A stretch of DNA of 64,000 nucleotides from Convolutriloba macropyga. Its lineage: Eukaryota. The position numbers were made by a program, and so were the translations under genes. The DNA lies in the NCBI RefSeq assembly GCF_964194025.1, contig NC_134471.1:31496001-31560000 (forward strand). The letters are read 5' to 3'. The notes under the pieces are model-generated. The model was not told the origin of the DNA, made no database searches, and saw nothing but the letters and a program-made list of their open reading frames with translations. Position 1 is the first letter of the stretch. Each line of letters begins with the position of its first letter. Positions 47,430 to 62,589 of this stretch are shown piece after piece.

Positions 47430-50400
47430 GTGCAGTCAGCGACCTATGACAGCTAGAAAGCCTCAATCGGTGTTGAGCCCGCTTGGGACAAACCTCTCCT
47501 TTAGACTCACCTCGATTTTGGAAAAAAGTACAAAAGCTTAGATTAAACTAATTCTCTCAGCGAAAGAGGATCGTCACGCCAGAGAACTTCTGAAAAACTC
47601 TACCGACGGCAGTGTTTTGCCCCAGACCTATATGACGAGGAGATAATCGTTGGATCTTCAGCCTAGTCGAAACGCGGGAGACAAGCTCGTTACTTACAAG
47701 TAAAAATGAACTGACAAAGAAATATCAAAATAATTTAAACCAAGGAGTGTTTCTTGGATACAATGTAACAATAGAACAACTTCTATAATGGACATTTAGC
47801 ACCAAAAGACGAAAAACAATTAAATAATAAGATTCTGTATGTCAAAAAACAGATACCGATTCGCCACTGAAGGAGTTTTTTAATCCCATTGATAGGTCAA
47901 TACTGTTTTTCTAACAAAGAAACAATCATGAGAAAAATCAAAGGAATCTGTGGCACAGAAGCTATTTGTATACAAAATTATCTGAAGTTATGTTGAACTT
48001 ATATCGCCCTTCCGTATAACTATTTCACTTGAGTTTTGTAACCCCTCCAAGTGAAGAAAATCATTTGTTCATCCTAACAAAAGGAAATTAGTCTTTTCAA
48101 ATTTTTCAGATTTCCTACTTTGTAAAACTAAATCACACTCATTGTCTCTTTGATCTAAACTCTTTGAGCTAAAATGCCTTCAATTTAAATGAGTAGTTCT
48201 AAAGCAACTTCTAAATCTGGCTGCTGCCTGCAGCACGATTCCACCTCTGAACAAAATAGGCGCTTTTGCAACTAGATTGATACTACAAGCTATTAGAGTA
48301 TCACTTGGCGCAATCAGCAGCCAAAAATTGAGCTGATTTTGGAATCCAACCATTTCAAAAAAATTAATCTGGGACCCGTTAGAACAGGGAAAGATTGAAA
48401 GTATTCTTGAAATTTGCTATATTTACCAAAAAATATTTTCTGTCGATATCCTGAGAGAAGCCCCACAGGACAAAGTAGTTCAACCACCAGATCCGCTCTA
48501 CAAGGAAAATGTGGAAAACAGTACGGCCCAGAGTAAGCACGCCTGTAGAATTCGCAATGAGCAACTCAGGAATACTTGGCTGAACAGTTGCCCGATAATG
48601 GAAAGTGCAGGAATTTTGTGTGGTGATCATCCATGAAAACTCTCTGACATCAAAAGCGTTTCTTTGACCTAATCAAGCCTTGCCGCATAGCGTTGTCGTA
48701 TTTTTTGATTGCAAGTTTCGAGTTATGAAATTGATGAAATGACGAGAATAGAATTCTGGGTTTTGCTGAATAGTATTTCTACAAAACAACGCAACATCAC
48801 GTTTGATCATTTAGTTCTCTTCACTAGAAAACAACAGAGTCCAAGTGATAGCCCAATGAGCAATACTTTGGATCTCTCCGGGAAATTTGTTTGAATAGCG
48901 ATTGAGGGAGCCACGAGGAATTGATAAGAAGAGATGTCTTCATAGCCATTATTCAAGATGGAGAGATTCAAAGGAAATTGTTGAAGCAGACAAAAAGACA
49001 TTGGAGTTTGCAATATACATCGAAATGTGTAAGCAACCAGTTAAAGACAGCCCGAAAGTCAAATGATACGGTTAGTTTTGGGGTTTCAATCTTTCGGTTT
49101 ATCATATACAAAAGATTTGGGATCCGCCACCAGGTGCATATCGATCTGATCAACAAAATAACTCACAACAACCAACAAGATTTTCAAATTTTGATAATTT
49201 CAAGATCTCCGGGTTCTTAATAAAACTGCCCCGATCAAAAGAAAACGCGGTGTCTAAAAAACTCTGGCATGAAAAATCGCAGAACTTTGTAGAAACCCAG
49301 AGTTTGGCAACTGGAAACCAAAATCACTGCTTGATTTTGTTGAAGATACACAATCAGACGCTGCTACGTTGCATACCGGATTGGAAGAGCAAGTAAACTA
49401 AATCAACTCTCTATTGAGAAAACAAAACATATACGAAGCCAACTACAACGCTGATGATAATGATGATGATGATGATGATGACAACGACCACTGAGTGCCA
49501 ATTTTAGCCGCTCATTACTTCTGTATGGTGGAACCGGGGAATCTCCAGGTTCAACTGAGAATGAATCAAATAAAGGCATTGGTGGATTCGCAAAGAGTGA
49601 GCGCATTCTTTCAAAAAAGTATGACCAATGCTATGGTTAACTCTGACGATTCATCTACTGGCTTCCAAAAACTCCTAGATCCGAATTGAAAACCTTCTTG
49701 AACGAAATGTACGAGATATTCGGAACCACCAAGAGAACAATCAAAAGTAACGACTGGGTTGCAGAAGACGTTAAAGTGACCATTTTCGATGATGGTCAGT
49801 GACCAATCGTTAGACGAGAATTTTTTGCCTAATTGGGCCTATTGTTGAACCACTTCAAAGAAGTAACCTCAACCGATCAAAATCAATGTGTAATAAAAAA
49901 AATGGGAACAGCGCAGGAAATTCTTGATCTTATTTCACGTGTTAGGAAGTCCAAAAATTATACATTAAAGTCCACATTTCAAAACATTTGCACTCCAAAA
50001 AATCGAAATCGACAAAAGTTCATTGCAATTTAAAAGATCTGATAAAAAAATCAGAAAGATGGGCTGATGGCTTTGATAAAAATTTAATATCCTCCATTGT
50101 TATTACTGTAAAACAAAACAAGTCTGCTTGCAATTGATGCAAAAATTTTAAATAATTTTACTCAAAAATGTAAATACCAGATGCCAAGATTTGATATTTT
50201 TATTCATGAGATTCAGCAAATTGACATTATAAATTCATCACAAGAAAAAGCTTGTTTAGCAATACTGGATATATAGTACAAATATAGTCAACTGGATTTA
50301 GACCCAGAAACTTCAAGTCATTGCAGCTTCAGTATAATTAGTAGGCAATCCACGCATATCTACCGATTTCTAACTTGTTTCTAAGGTCTGCCCGACATGC

Positions 50401-52930
50401 CCATATTTTTTTCAAAAAGTCAGGGACTACACGTTAATAGGTCTCAAAAAATCACTCATTGTTTTTCGATGACTTTGTTATGGTTAGTGGGGACCACAAA
50501 AAGCAAACTTAAAAGATCCTCTATAAACATCTTTAAAAATTTAGACAATCATTACCTTAGAATTAATTTGCCAAAATGTGGCTTTGCTAAAACTGAAATT
50601 GAATGGTTAAGCTATAAAACTTGTCAGTTAGTGATATCTCCACAGGAGTAGAAAAAAAACCTCACCAGTTCTTTCAATTTCAGGACCTAAAGCTCTTAAA
50701 AAACTGAGATTCTTCTTAGGCTTCTTATGTCTTGTTACATTCACCCTAAATTTGTCACAATTGTCACCCAGGCCACTTCTTAGGCAACAAACTAAAATCA
50801 TTTCTGACAATACATTGGAGACTCTTTTCCAACACATTGAGAATCAAGTTGCAAAAGCAATAGAAAATACACAATATAGTCCATACTTGGGAACGCACGT
50901 TAAAGGTGAGGCATCTCGTTCAGAGCATTAGAAGATTGTTCACATACTTTTTGCCAAAAAGTGGCATTTTCATCACAATTCCCTTATAAAAACGAATAAT
51001 TGTAGTGTTATTGAGTTAAAATATCTGGTCGCAGTTTGGTCTGTGGTATCATTCAAATAGTATTCATTTGGTAAAAATTTGGATTATCGAGTGTTATTAT
51101 CCACCAGGAGGGAAGATAATTCCAATAAAACACGTGATAGCAGATTTATACGTTTGGCAGATAGATTACAAGTTGATTTTTCATATTAAAGAAGTTCCAA
51201 GTGCTAAAAAGGGATTAGCCGAATACATTTTGTGCCAACCAAACCAAAATGCGAAGGCATTACCGAATACGAAGACGAAGTTGAGAATCAAGCAATTAGC
51301 CGCATTCGTGATAAGACCAGGCAGTTTATGCTACCTCTCCTTCAACAAGTTGTCAATAACAACAAATTAACGTTGTGAACTGTGATCATTCCTTTCACAC
51401 CAGGAATACTTGCAAACCAAACAACTCTCCACTGCTTTCTGCCTTAATCAGCCGTGATGATGAGATGCCTGCTAGTAAATTTGAAGACGTGCTTTTTTTC
51501 CATTTCGTTACAAATTCAATCATGGGTGACAAAAAGCGCATTTTCATCTTTCCCAATCACCGCCAATCATGTGACATTTTATTCAAAGCCTAATTCTAAT
51601 GTATCTAGAAATACAGAAATGGAACTGCCATCATCTCCTGCAATTGAAATTTTGAGGATAGAAGTATTCCAAAACAACCTAACACAGCTCTTGTCCTTCC
51701 CAGCCGTGATAATAAAAAAGAAGCTGTCAAAAAAAATTCGTGACTGTGTGCTCCAAAACAACGAAAAAATAGATGTTCAGGACGTGAACTCTATCTGATT
51801 TCTTTCTGGCGAGACTTGCACCTTCGCTCCGTTTGTGTCGGTGTCTGCGCAGACAAACGAGTAGGAATTATCAATTCAATTCAGTATGCCGTCTTGGAAT
51901 CGCTCACCTAACACACCCTGTTAGCCTGGGCATGATTTCTTAGCCCCATATGCAACCCACCATATGCAGCGCCCCATATGCAGGCTACTTGGAAACGGAT
52001 CAATGATATAGGTAAAAAAAAATAAAAGAAAAGTAATTCCCGAATCTCATTGCAAACCGCTTGAAGACTTTCCAATACCTAACGAAGAAATTCAAAGTAA
52101 TTTTTGTAGTTCAATAACAAATGAAAGAAATGANNNNNNNNNNNNNNNNNNNNNNNNNNNNNNNNNNNNNNNNNNNNNNNNNNNNNNNNNNNNNNNNNNN
52201 NNNNNNNNNNNNNNNNNNNNNNNNNNNNNNNNNNNNNNNNNNNNNNNNNNNNNNNNNNNNNNNNNNNNNNNNNNNNNNNNNCATTTTGTATGTAAAAAAA
52301 CAGTAAAAGTATGCAAAAAAGCAAATGTTCCATATGTTGTAAAATTTTTGGAAGACTGTTATCACAACACTGCAATACCTCGAAATGTTCGCCTAGACGA
52401 GGCACGATCCTTGGTTGGGAAAAAAGTTAACATCTTTTGTAAAAAAAAACAAATATACCTTAATTGTAGCACTCACTAATGATCATAGAGTTATTGAGTT
52501 AGTAGAAATATTATTGCAAACTACTAAAAGAAGCTTTGGATTAACGAAATTAGGCTTCAATTCAAAGACATTTACCCTAAAGAACTCTATTGAATCAATC
52601 GTCTATCAATTACGCATATGTAAACAAAGGACATCAGAGGCATCACTATTCCACGCATACCTCGGTAGAACAACATGCACATCTCTAGGTAAAATTTGCG
52701 TTCAAGCTAAGTGTTCAAATATGAGCAGTTTTTCATTCAACAATTGACAATGAGACAGTTCCTGTAGAAGACTTTATTGATGATCGTGGATGGGTGATTA
52801 CGGAGCAAATTAAAATACAAATTGAGGACATGAAAACAAAGGCACAGCTGGATGCCGGGGAAAGTTACTGTAGCGAACATAAAAACAGTGTATTTCTTTT
52901 CGTTTTACATCTCACCAATCCCATTCCGTT
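47430..52930 (+). mobile_element. Second, heavily degraded Ty3/gypsy element with unrelated sequence at ~47850-49300
   Basis: gag-like IGVEPAWDKP (~47466); protease IKALVDS (~49570); RT ISSIVITVK..LAIDAK..KYQMP, YSQLDLD, F*GLPDMP, LRINLPKC.FAK.EIEWL; RNase H and integrase remnants to ~52750. No LTR pair found. Confidence 0.75.
52134..52281. other. Assembly gap (N run)
   Basis: Run of N. Confidence 1.
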
Positions 52931-55900
52931 AACGTGAATGGAGACATCTCTGGACAACAAATTTATAAATTGATGAATGCCCTTACATTTTTTCTAATGC
53001 GTGACATCCATCTGCTTATAGTGCTCGTAGGCGTTTAAAGTAATTCGCAATCTCGAAATCCCGATATCCCTAACAGATCATGTTGTAAAAATTAAAAAAA
53101 AGTTTTTACAATAAAATTTGCAAAGAATCAAGTTTTTTCAAGTACTAGAATTGGTCTTGATTTTAATATCAGCTCGGCTAATGCAATCAATGATAAATTT
53201 TGAAGCATACTTCTGAAATTAGAATTATTCTACGCTTCAGAATCTGCGCTCCACGTAATAACGTCATACAGTTTGTATCTCATTCCATGGTTGTAGGTAT
53301 AGAGGATTTGCAAGCTTCATATGTGGCACAAAACAAAAATAAAATTGTTTTCCTGAAATCAAAATGCACAATGATCACTTCAAAAATTGAAAAGTGAAGC
53401 ACTAGAGAGTGTATAAAACTCGGCAATTTATCATTTTTTTGAAATTCAATACAAATTACGTCTGATAATGAAATACAGTTAACAAATGTTAACTCTAATC
53501 AAACAGGGAACTACCGTTCGTTTTCGGTTTAAGTTTAAGCAATCATTTTTTGCTATCAACATTATTATTTACTTGTATCAAACAACTGAAAAAAAATTGG
53601 AAAGAAATACATAAAAATATTAAAAGGAACTATTTGGACCAAATTAATTGATTTTTATTGTGTCCCTTCTTAATAGTTAACAATTCTTAAAAATAAAAAC
53701 TTGCAATAACTGTTTTGAAGAAATCTCCTCAACAATTGATCTGATTTGGTCATCTTGCAAACAATTTCACTCTTCATGACAAAACCAAACTCACAAAATG
53801 AACTTTTTCTTTGTAAATTGTCCGTATTAAAGGCCAAATTCCTTCTGCATAATTTAGACCGCTCTGTAGGACAATTATAACAATCGAAACATAGTCAGGA
53901 GAACTACAAATATTGGATGAACTGGCAAATTTACTTAAAAAATAACTCGGATAGATGTTGGCCCAACGCCTGAGCAGGTAGAGCCGAATCTAGGTAGAAC
54001 TAAACAATCTCTTAATTATATACTTACGGAAATTGGGCAAAACTCTATATGTATTTTCTCTGTAAATACGATTGTCTGTATAAAAAAGTGTGGACCTTCT
54101 GATTTTGTCAAAGAATGCATTAATTAAAAATTTTACTGCTGGCGATTCAAGCTGTGGTGTTAGCTGTAAACTTTAAAATTGAAAGATTGAATATTAGTTT
54201 TCTGGTCTAATCTCTTATGACCCTCCCGACCTAATTTAAGAGTCAAACATGTATGGCCCCCACCATTGATTTTATAGCAATAATGGAGGCGGCTGTAAAT
54301 TCCTCGGGGCTATAGTAACTGACTTTTCCGCATTCCAAACGTAATTTTTGTTAAATAGTGTAGTTGCTGATGTCCTGTTGCCAAGCCAAAGGAGATCAAC
54401 AAACAGACCAAAATTTTTTTGAATCAAAAAACCATAATATTTTTTATTGTGTTATATCTACTTCCAAAAACTCAATGCTGTCCTTAAATATTAGCAGAAT
54501 GTAAAGGTAAAGTGATAGTTGAACTATAACTTTTCTTCTCCTTTACTGACAAAAAAGGTGCTTCAGTTTATCAGAGATGGCACCAACCAAATGATGAACG
54601 CCCTAACATGCTTTTTTCATGGCGTGACCTCCATCTGCATATGGGCGTCGTAGGATTCACAATTCAAAAATCAATCGGAATTGAACCAAACCCATTTTAA
54701 AAATACGCACAGATTATGTTTGGAGTGCAACAGATGGAACTGCTTATTTACTACAAACTTACGCAGTACAGATTAACAATAAAATTGGCAACCAAATTTA
54801 AAACACAATTTACAATGGAACAAAAAGATTAAAATAGTAGTTTTTAGCAAGAAAGTTGCTATGAACTTGGCTAATAAATTCTCTTTAAAACTCTGAAAAA
54901 AACTTCTGAAACAGTCTTCATTCTAAAATCAGAAGCTGTGCGCCGCTTTTGAAAAGATAGAATATTAGATGCATTACAGAATTTGTGTTTCTGAAATCAA
55001 TATGCAGAGAAATGGAGTTCAAAAAAAGAAACTGTGCACAAATTATAAACCATCGCACACAATTAATTTTTGTGTAAATTAATACAAAATCACGTTCGGT
55101 ATTGAAAAATAGCAAGCCAATGTTAATTCTAATCTAAAAACAACAACAAACGCTTTCGGTTTAAGATTAAGCATTGAGAGCATGTTATCAAAATTGTTTT
55201 TATTTGTATCAAATGACTGAAAAGAACCTCAACTATTCCATTCCATTAACGTGAAGGGAAGAATCTCTGGACAACAAATTGATGAACGGATGAACGCTCT
55301 TACATCCCTTTTTTCCCTTGACATCCATCTGCATATAGACTTCGTATGTGTTGATAAATTTGAAATCTTGAAGTCGATAAACAATATGCACAAAACCTAT
55401 TGGGAATATCCGTGGCAGATATAGTTTGCACTACAAGAACTGATGCACTAAAGGATTCCACCGTAAAAAATAACAATAGAGTTTACAATTGGATTTACAA
55501 TGGAACGAAATTATTTAAGTACTAGTTTTTATTTGAATTTTAAATTCAGCTTGGCTGTTGAAGTCACTAGTAAATTTTGAAGCATTCTTCTGAAATTTGA
55601 ATCATTTTACATTTCAGTATCTTCTGCGCTCCAAATAACAACATCATACACTTTGCATCTCATTCCATGGTTGTAAGTAAATGGATACGCAAGATTCATA
55701 GGAGGCCCAAAACAAAGGTAAAACTCAATATTCTGAAATCAATATTCACAATGATGGATGCCAAAAAAATAAATCTCTGGAAATTGTATGGTTTGGGAAA
55801 ATTATTCTTTCCTTGAAGTTCAATACAAATCACGTTCGATAATTAGAAACAGTTGGCTAATGTTAATTCTATACTAACAGGGATCTACCGCTTTCGGTTT

Positions 55901-58470
55901 AAGTTTAAGCAATGAGTTTATGTAATCTACATTATTTTATAACTGTATCATATTACTGAAGACAAAAAAATTGAAAAAAATACGTAAAAACTTTTAAAGG
56001 AACTAGTTGGAGCAACCTATTTGATTTTTATTGTGTCCCTTCTTAATGGTTACCATTTTTATAAAAAAAACTTTCAATAAGAGTTTTGTAAAACTCTTCT
56101 CAACAATTTATTTGATTTGGTCATCTTGCAAATAATTTTACTCTTGTTGACAAAATTAAACGAACAAAGATTCAAATAGTAGTTTTTGCAAAGAAAGTTG
56201 TAATGAACTTGGCTAATAATTTTTCTTTTAAACTTTGAAAAAAACTTCTGAAACAGTCTTCGTTCTTAGCTTCAGAAGTTGTGCGCCGCTTTTGAAAAGA
56301 TAGAATATAAGATGCATTGCGGAATTTGTGTTTATGAAATCAATATGCAGAAAAATGGAGTTCAAAAAATGAAACTGTGGACAAATTATAAACCTTCGCA
56401 CATAATTAATTTTTGTGGAAATTATTACAAAATCACGTTCGCTATTGAAAAACCGTCAGCCAAAGTTAATTCTAATCTAGAAAAAACAACAACTGCTTTC
56501 GGCTTAAGATTAAGCAATGAGTTTATGTTATCCACATTATTTTATAACTGTGTCAAATTACTGAAGACAAAAAATTGAAAAAAAAAATACGTAAACTTAT
56601 TTAATGGCACTAGTTGAAGCAACCTAACTGAATTTTATCGTGTCCCTTCTTAATTGTTAACAATTCTTAAAAAAACACTTGCAATAACTGTTTTGAAGAA
56701 ATCTCCTCAACAATTGATTTGATTTGGTCATCTTGCAAACAATTTCACTCTTCATGGCAAAACCAAACGTACAAAATGAATTTTTTCTTAGTAAATTGTC
56801 CGTATTAAAGGCCAAATTTCTTCTGCATAATTTAGACCGCTCTGTAGGACAATTATAACAATCCAAGCAAAATCAGGAGAACTACAAATATTGGATGAAC
56901 TGGCAAATTTACTTAAAAAAAACTCGGATAGATGTTGGCCCAAAGCATGAGCAGGTAGAGCCTAATCTACGTAAAATAAAAAAACTTGCAATAAGAGTTT
57001 TGTAAAACTCTTCTCAACAATTTATTTGATTTGGTCATCTTGCAAATAATTTTACTCTTGTTACGAACAAAGATTAGTTTGCGTTGCATATTACTCGTCT
57101 TAAAAGCACATTTTGGCTATTTATTTTGAATTTTAATTCAATCGAAGCATATTCATGCAAACGTTAAAAATGGGATGCAATTACAGTTTTAATTAATAAG
57201 ACAAAACAAATCGACAAATGCACCAAAAATTCACTGAAGGTGACAAGCAATAAATTTTTTCTTGTCGTATTTTAATTTCAAAAAACCTAGTTTGCTGACG
57301 CGTAATACTAAGAGTATTTAAATGGAGAAGTAAAAGTTGAACTCTAAACACTTCCCCGCTCTTCTGACAACAAGAAAGGCATACTTTAGCTGATCAAAGA
57401 CAGCATCAACCAAACGATGAAGGCCCGTACATAAATTTGTCATGGCGTGACTGCTCTCTGATTATGGGCTTCGTAGGTGTTGACGAAAGATTCGCAATCC
57501 AAAAATCAGTCAAAATTGAACAAATCATGCTTGAAAAGTAAGCAGCAGAACATGTCTGCAGTACTAGAGATAGAACTGCCTAATTACTAAAAATTGACGC
57601 AGTACAGAATAACAATAGAATCGGCAAAAAGTTTAAAATACAGTTTACAATAGAGCAAAGTTGTTCAAATGGTAGTTTTTGCCATGAATATTAATACGGG
57701 CATGGCTAAATTTTGAAGAAAATTTTGAGGAAAAAAGATCACTATTCTAAACTTCAGAAGCTGTGCGCCACTTTGAAAAAATAATATATGTTACATGGTA
57801 TTTCATGGTTAGAATTATAATGGATTTGTTGAGCTTTAATGAGGCATTCAGAAAACTTAAAAACTGTTTCCATGAAATCAATATGCCAAAAAAATGGATA
57901 CCAAAGAGAAAAATTGAAGCTGTAGAAAAATTATAAACTTGCGCACATAGTTAGTTCTTGTGGAAATCAAAACGAAATCTTTTTTGTTGAATTTTGTTGT
58001 TTTCTTTCTTAATGATTATAAAATTTCCCCAATAAAGACCTGCAATAAAAGTTTCTAAGAACTGTGATTTCTGTTGTACCCCACAATTTGGTTCATTGGT
58101 CATCTTGCAAATAATTTTACTCTTGTTGAGAAAACCTGGCGCACAAAATGAACCGTTTTTTATGAATTTTGTAATCAGAATTTTAAAAGATCTAAACTTA
58201 AAAAAAGGAAATTTCAATTACAAAGAAAACTGGGACAAAATTTGGCCCAACTAATGAGAAGGTTGAACGGATTTTACTAAGAACCTACCAGAATGTTTTT
58301 ATATTATTTACGAAGAATGGCTAATTTCTCAATGTATTTCTCTGTAAGTATGTATTTTACTGTAAAATTCTGATGTTGTCAGTTGGTTTAATACTTTAAG
58401 TGTGTAAAGCTGACTATGCAAGCATTGGCGTTATCGTTAAAACCAGAAACTGAATTATTGAATATTTAGT
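52920..58470. repeat. Cluster of degenerate, shuffled kb-scale repeat modules
   Basis: The motif gatgaa.gccc.tacat...catctg..tat....tcgtagg occurs at ~52970, 54590, 55290 and 57415. Near-identical blocks: 53675-53990 ~ 56650-56970 and 54830-55220 ~ 56170-56560. Confidence 0.8.
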
Positions 58471-60224
58471 GTTAGATCTTTCCCACTATAGCCCCCCTCT
58501 TCCGCCTTAAGTTATGTGTCAAATAAAGTGTGGGAGGAATCATGGTTGTATTACCAAAAATAGGGGTGGCTATGGTTTTCTTGGGGCTAAAACCGGAAAA
58601 ACCTCAATTTTTTCCGCTTTCGAGAAGTTATTTTTGTTAAATGCAGTATTTGCTAAACAGTTGTTAAGTGCTGTGGTTGCTGTTGCCAAGAAAAACAAAA
58701 TTGACAATTACATCAATATTACATTGAAACCGAGAAGCTAAAAATCTTTTTGCAATATAGTGATAAGCGAAAACTAGTTCATTGAAGTGTAATATTATCA
58801 AAATGTGAGTGTCAAGAATAAATTGTTGAATTGAAATATTGTCTTGGAACTCGCTAGGGCCATACCCCAGCATTCAGTTTGGACAGTTAATATCAGGAGT
58901 ACAAAAACCAAGCCATTTGAGTTTTCAAAGTACAGAAAAGGTAGTGCGACCAATTTAACTTACGCCTAGAAATTCAGAGCATCAAAGAAGGGTTCTCCAG
59001 TAGGACATCAATAGGATGAATATATGGTAAAACGCAAAATTTTGAATATGAATTTTGCGGGGTTGAAAAACCAATCACAATTGAATCAAATTATATCGAT
59101 CGGTGTGTGGGGAATTGAAAAAAATAGTTCAAAGTCAAATTTCATCTTCGAAATTTAAAATTTAGTTTACAATACGTTAATTTTTAATTTTGCCTACACC
59201 AAAACTCCAAAAACAACAGTTAAAATTGAGAACAAAAACTTCTGTTCAGGAAAAGTAACCAAAAAACATGGTTAATTTAATGTAATAATTTAATTCTAAT
59301 AATTTTTTGGTAATGTTAAAGGTAAAATAATGTTGTTAAAATACCTTAAACTGTAAATAAGCTCAAAAACTTGTTGTTGCTATTTTTATTTATTTCCTAG
59401 CTTTAAAAACAAATTCAAATACAAGTAAAAACGCTTTGTAAATTGTTTATTTGAATTTGCATCATTTTTAAGTCAACCGGAAATTGAACACGAAATGCGA
59501 AATTGTTCGTTTTTACTCATGAATTTTTTTTAAATTAACATTACGTTTGCAAATATAAACATTGTTATTTCGAATTTTAAAAAAGGCACTAAAGAGTTGA
59601 GTTAAAGCAAAAGTTTAAAAGATTTTGAATCAAAATTTAGAAGTTTCTAAAAAATAAAATAGGATGTTTCACGCTATAGCAGCCAGCTTAACCTTTCTTG
59701 ACAAGGTTGACCTTTCTTGATATTAACTAAAACGTAAATTACGTCTTGAAAATTAGCTAAAATGGTATTTAAAATGTACACTGATGTCGGTAAAATTTTC
59801 CGTAGATGTGCACCGTTACATCATAAAAAAATATATTCAGGGGACTGTTTTTAAGATTTTCCTTGCAGTCGGCGATTTATTAATTGGTGCTGCTCTTAAG
59901 AAACCAGGGAATCTAACCTAAAAACAACTCTCCAACTGAGCTGTCATACAGTGTTGTCAAGGAGACGTTGGATAAAATTATCAGAAGAAGAATGGGAAAA
60001 AACCTTTTGAAATCAAACAACGGCTCAATAAAAAATTCCTTACAAAAATGTCAATAAGCAGAACTTTTTTTTTCTTTAAAGAGGAATCGTCACCAAAATT
60101 GAGCAAAATCCTGAAAAAATTATGTGATCTTCAAATAATTTTCAGAACGAGAAAATTTGTGAACTTGCTTACCAACCCACCCAAAAACAACATTTGACAG
60201 AAATTTAAAATTGCATGAGGCATA

Positions 60225-60412
60225 AAGAGAAGTACATGTATTGAATGCAATTCCGACTATGATGGCCAAAAAAGCAGACATCGTAGCAATAGAGTTTAAG
60301 GGCGTCCTAGAAAAATTTAAGAGAAGTACATGTATTGAATGCAATTCCGACTATGATGGCCAAAAAAGCAGACATCGTAGCAATAGAGTTTAGGGGCGTC
60401 CAAGAAAAATTT
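60225..60412. repeat. 94-bp tandem duplication
   Basis: aagagaagtacatgtattgaatgcaattccg...aaaattt repeated twice. Confidence 0.9.
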
Positions 60413-62049
60413 AAGTTAATGTAAGTTCATATCTGGTTGAAAATTTTGGAAGAGCGCATAATTTTGAACGATTCAAACTTCAAGCATGTTGATGGGCTGA
60501 AAATTGAAGCCTTCTATATGAATAATTTAAAACCCCAACTAAAACCGCGCGATGGTTATTGGAGCCGGCAATTTTGATTTTTGAAATTTGAAATTTAATT
60601 TGGTAGAAGTCGATTCGTAATTCTGTCAACCATAAAACATCAAGATAAAAATAGAGAGCATAGAAGATAAAAGTTAATGTTCAGGAAAAAACCCAAAAAA
60701 TCAATGAATGCAGAATTGAGATTCTAATCTATTGGGTGTGTATATCCAAAAGAAAATGTTGTTTATGTAACCTAAGCTGTAAAAAGTTTCAACATTTCGC
60801 TGCTTCAACTGATTTGGGAGAATGAAAAAAATTGTGTCAATGGCAAGTGTAATTAGTTTTCAGATCATTTTATTTATTTATGCATCACTTTTAAGTCCAA
60901 CTGACAATGAACGCAAGGTCCGAAATTTTCCAGTTTCACTAATCGATTTTGTTTTCAATTGTCAATTTTTTTGCACCCTGAGCCACTCCTAATTCAAGTT
61001 TTAAAGGAAAATCTGAAAGTAGTAATGGAATGCAAAAGTTTTTGGCTCGATATTTTAAAAAATCTATACAGGTAAATTAGGATTTTTCATATTTTAGCAG
61101 CCGACTCGCTCCATCATGAAGTCAAGACTGCTCATTATAGATTAAAAAGCTTAACTTACATTTCACTATAAAAAGTCCCGATGCGAAAAGAAACCTGGTC
61201 ATCCAAGATCTGAACATAAACGTAAACATCTGGAAGAATATTTACTGTCATTCGTTTCATAGCTGCCTAACGTTAAAACTTAAGAAATGTGATCCAGGGG
61301 ACCATGCATAGAATTTTTGAATGGAAACAGCCACTGGTAATTGTTCGATGAATATCTCGATAAAAATCAAAAGATTTAGACAAAGAACCATACTAAACTG
61401 AGTGGTCATCCAGTATAAATAATAAGACGTTGGGAAAAGAAATCACAAAAGAGAAGGTAGATATTTATTTCAATCCTGGAACAATCGATTGCGAGCTGAT
61501 GTTTCTCCATTTTTCAGAGGGATCCATATTGTAACCCAATTTTGGTGTTAAAATTAAGTAGGCTGTCACTTGACCGTATTTGTAGCTTTGACAGATCTTG
61601 TCGTAGTTAAACTTTATCATTCGAGATGCTGATTATGTTGTGTTGTCAGTCGTGACAAGTTTTCACTTGAGGGAACAATTTTAGGTACTGAGGCACTGAT
61701 AATAATATATGAAAAAGCACCATTATATTGACAAAATCAGAGTGTTCCAGGCATTCAAAACCTATCACATGGAGATTTTCCCAGAGAAGATTATTTCAGG
61801 AAGGTGAAGCATGTTCATAATTTTTTGTCGAGAAAAAGATTTCAATATCAGATATTTTGTTCATTCAACCGCTGAGTTTTTGGGTAAAATTTCTTCTGTA
61901 CTGAACCAGAACATCTGTTCATTTTCAGTTTTGTAAAAATTTTCAGTTTTTTGAGCTGTCGTTCCTTTTCGCAAAATTTTGCTGCAACCAAAAATTAAAA
62001 ACCAAAAAGTACAAAGGCTACTAGACATGCAACAAACTGAGATTCGACG

Positions 62050-62560
62050 AGCATATTAGCATAAACTTTAGAGAAGCCAACAGCATATCATTGGTTATCA
62101 GTAAAAATTTGTTTTCAAAACAAATCTATCAGCCCTCATAAATAATAACGGCTCCTGCCAGCGCAGATTGTTTCTTGGTATAAAATTTAGTATCCAAATA
62201 AAAAAACAGGTCATGACAGAAACAATTAAACGAAGAGCAATTAAATTAGTGAAAAGTGTAAAAAATCTAACGTAACGTTCAAGATTGAGAAAAGTCGAGT
62301 TACTAGGACTTGAATATCGACGGAAACCGTCAAAAGTGATTGGTGTATGGAAACTAATTAGTTCCAACTAAAGCCAATTCAATATTGCCGCCCGTTTTTT
62401 TAGCATTAAAGAAAGAATTGGTATATGCAATTCATGTCAACTCCAGGTTCCAAAACCACGACAAGAAATTACACAAAAATCCATTGCAGTACAAATAGTC
62501 AAGGCTTGGAATAATCTCACAAATTCTCTGATCCAAAACATTTGTTGTTGTTGTTGTTGT
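62050..62560 (+). mobile_element. 3' fragment of a CR1-like LINE with a (TTG)n tail
   Basis: ETIKRRAIKLVKSVKNLT*RSRLRKVELLGLEYRR and IVKAWNNL match LINE ORF2 C-terminal motifs; ends in ttgttgttg. Confidence 0.6.
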
Positions 62561-62589
62561 GGTTTTGCTACTTCCGTCGCAGAATTAAT

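Noticed and set aside
47425-47445. TGGTGCAGTCAGCGACC as PBS of the second gypsy
   Set aside because: The position is plausible, but no LTR pair could be identified to support it.
49453-49481. Poly-His ORF segment
   Set aside because: A (GAT)n microsatellite read on the opposite strand.
59700-61400. Possible decayed DNA transposase (KTPTKTARW resembles the hAT 'TRW' motif)
   Set aside because: Too degenerate; no other motifs or TIRs could be confirmed.
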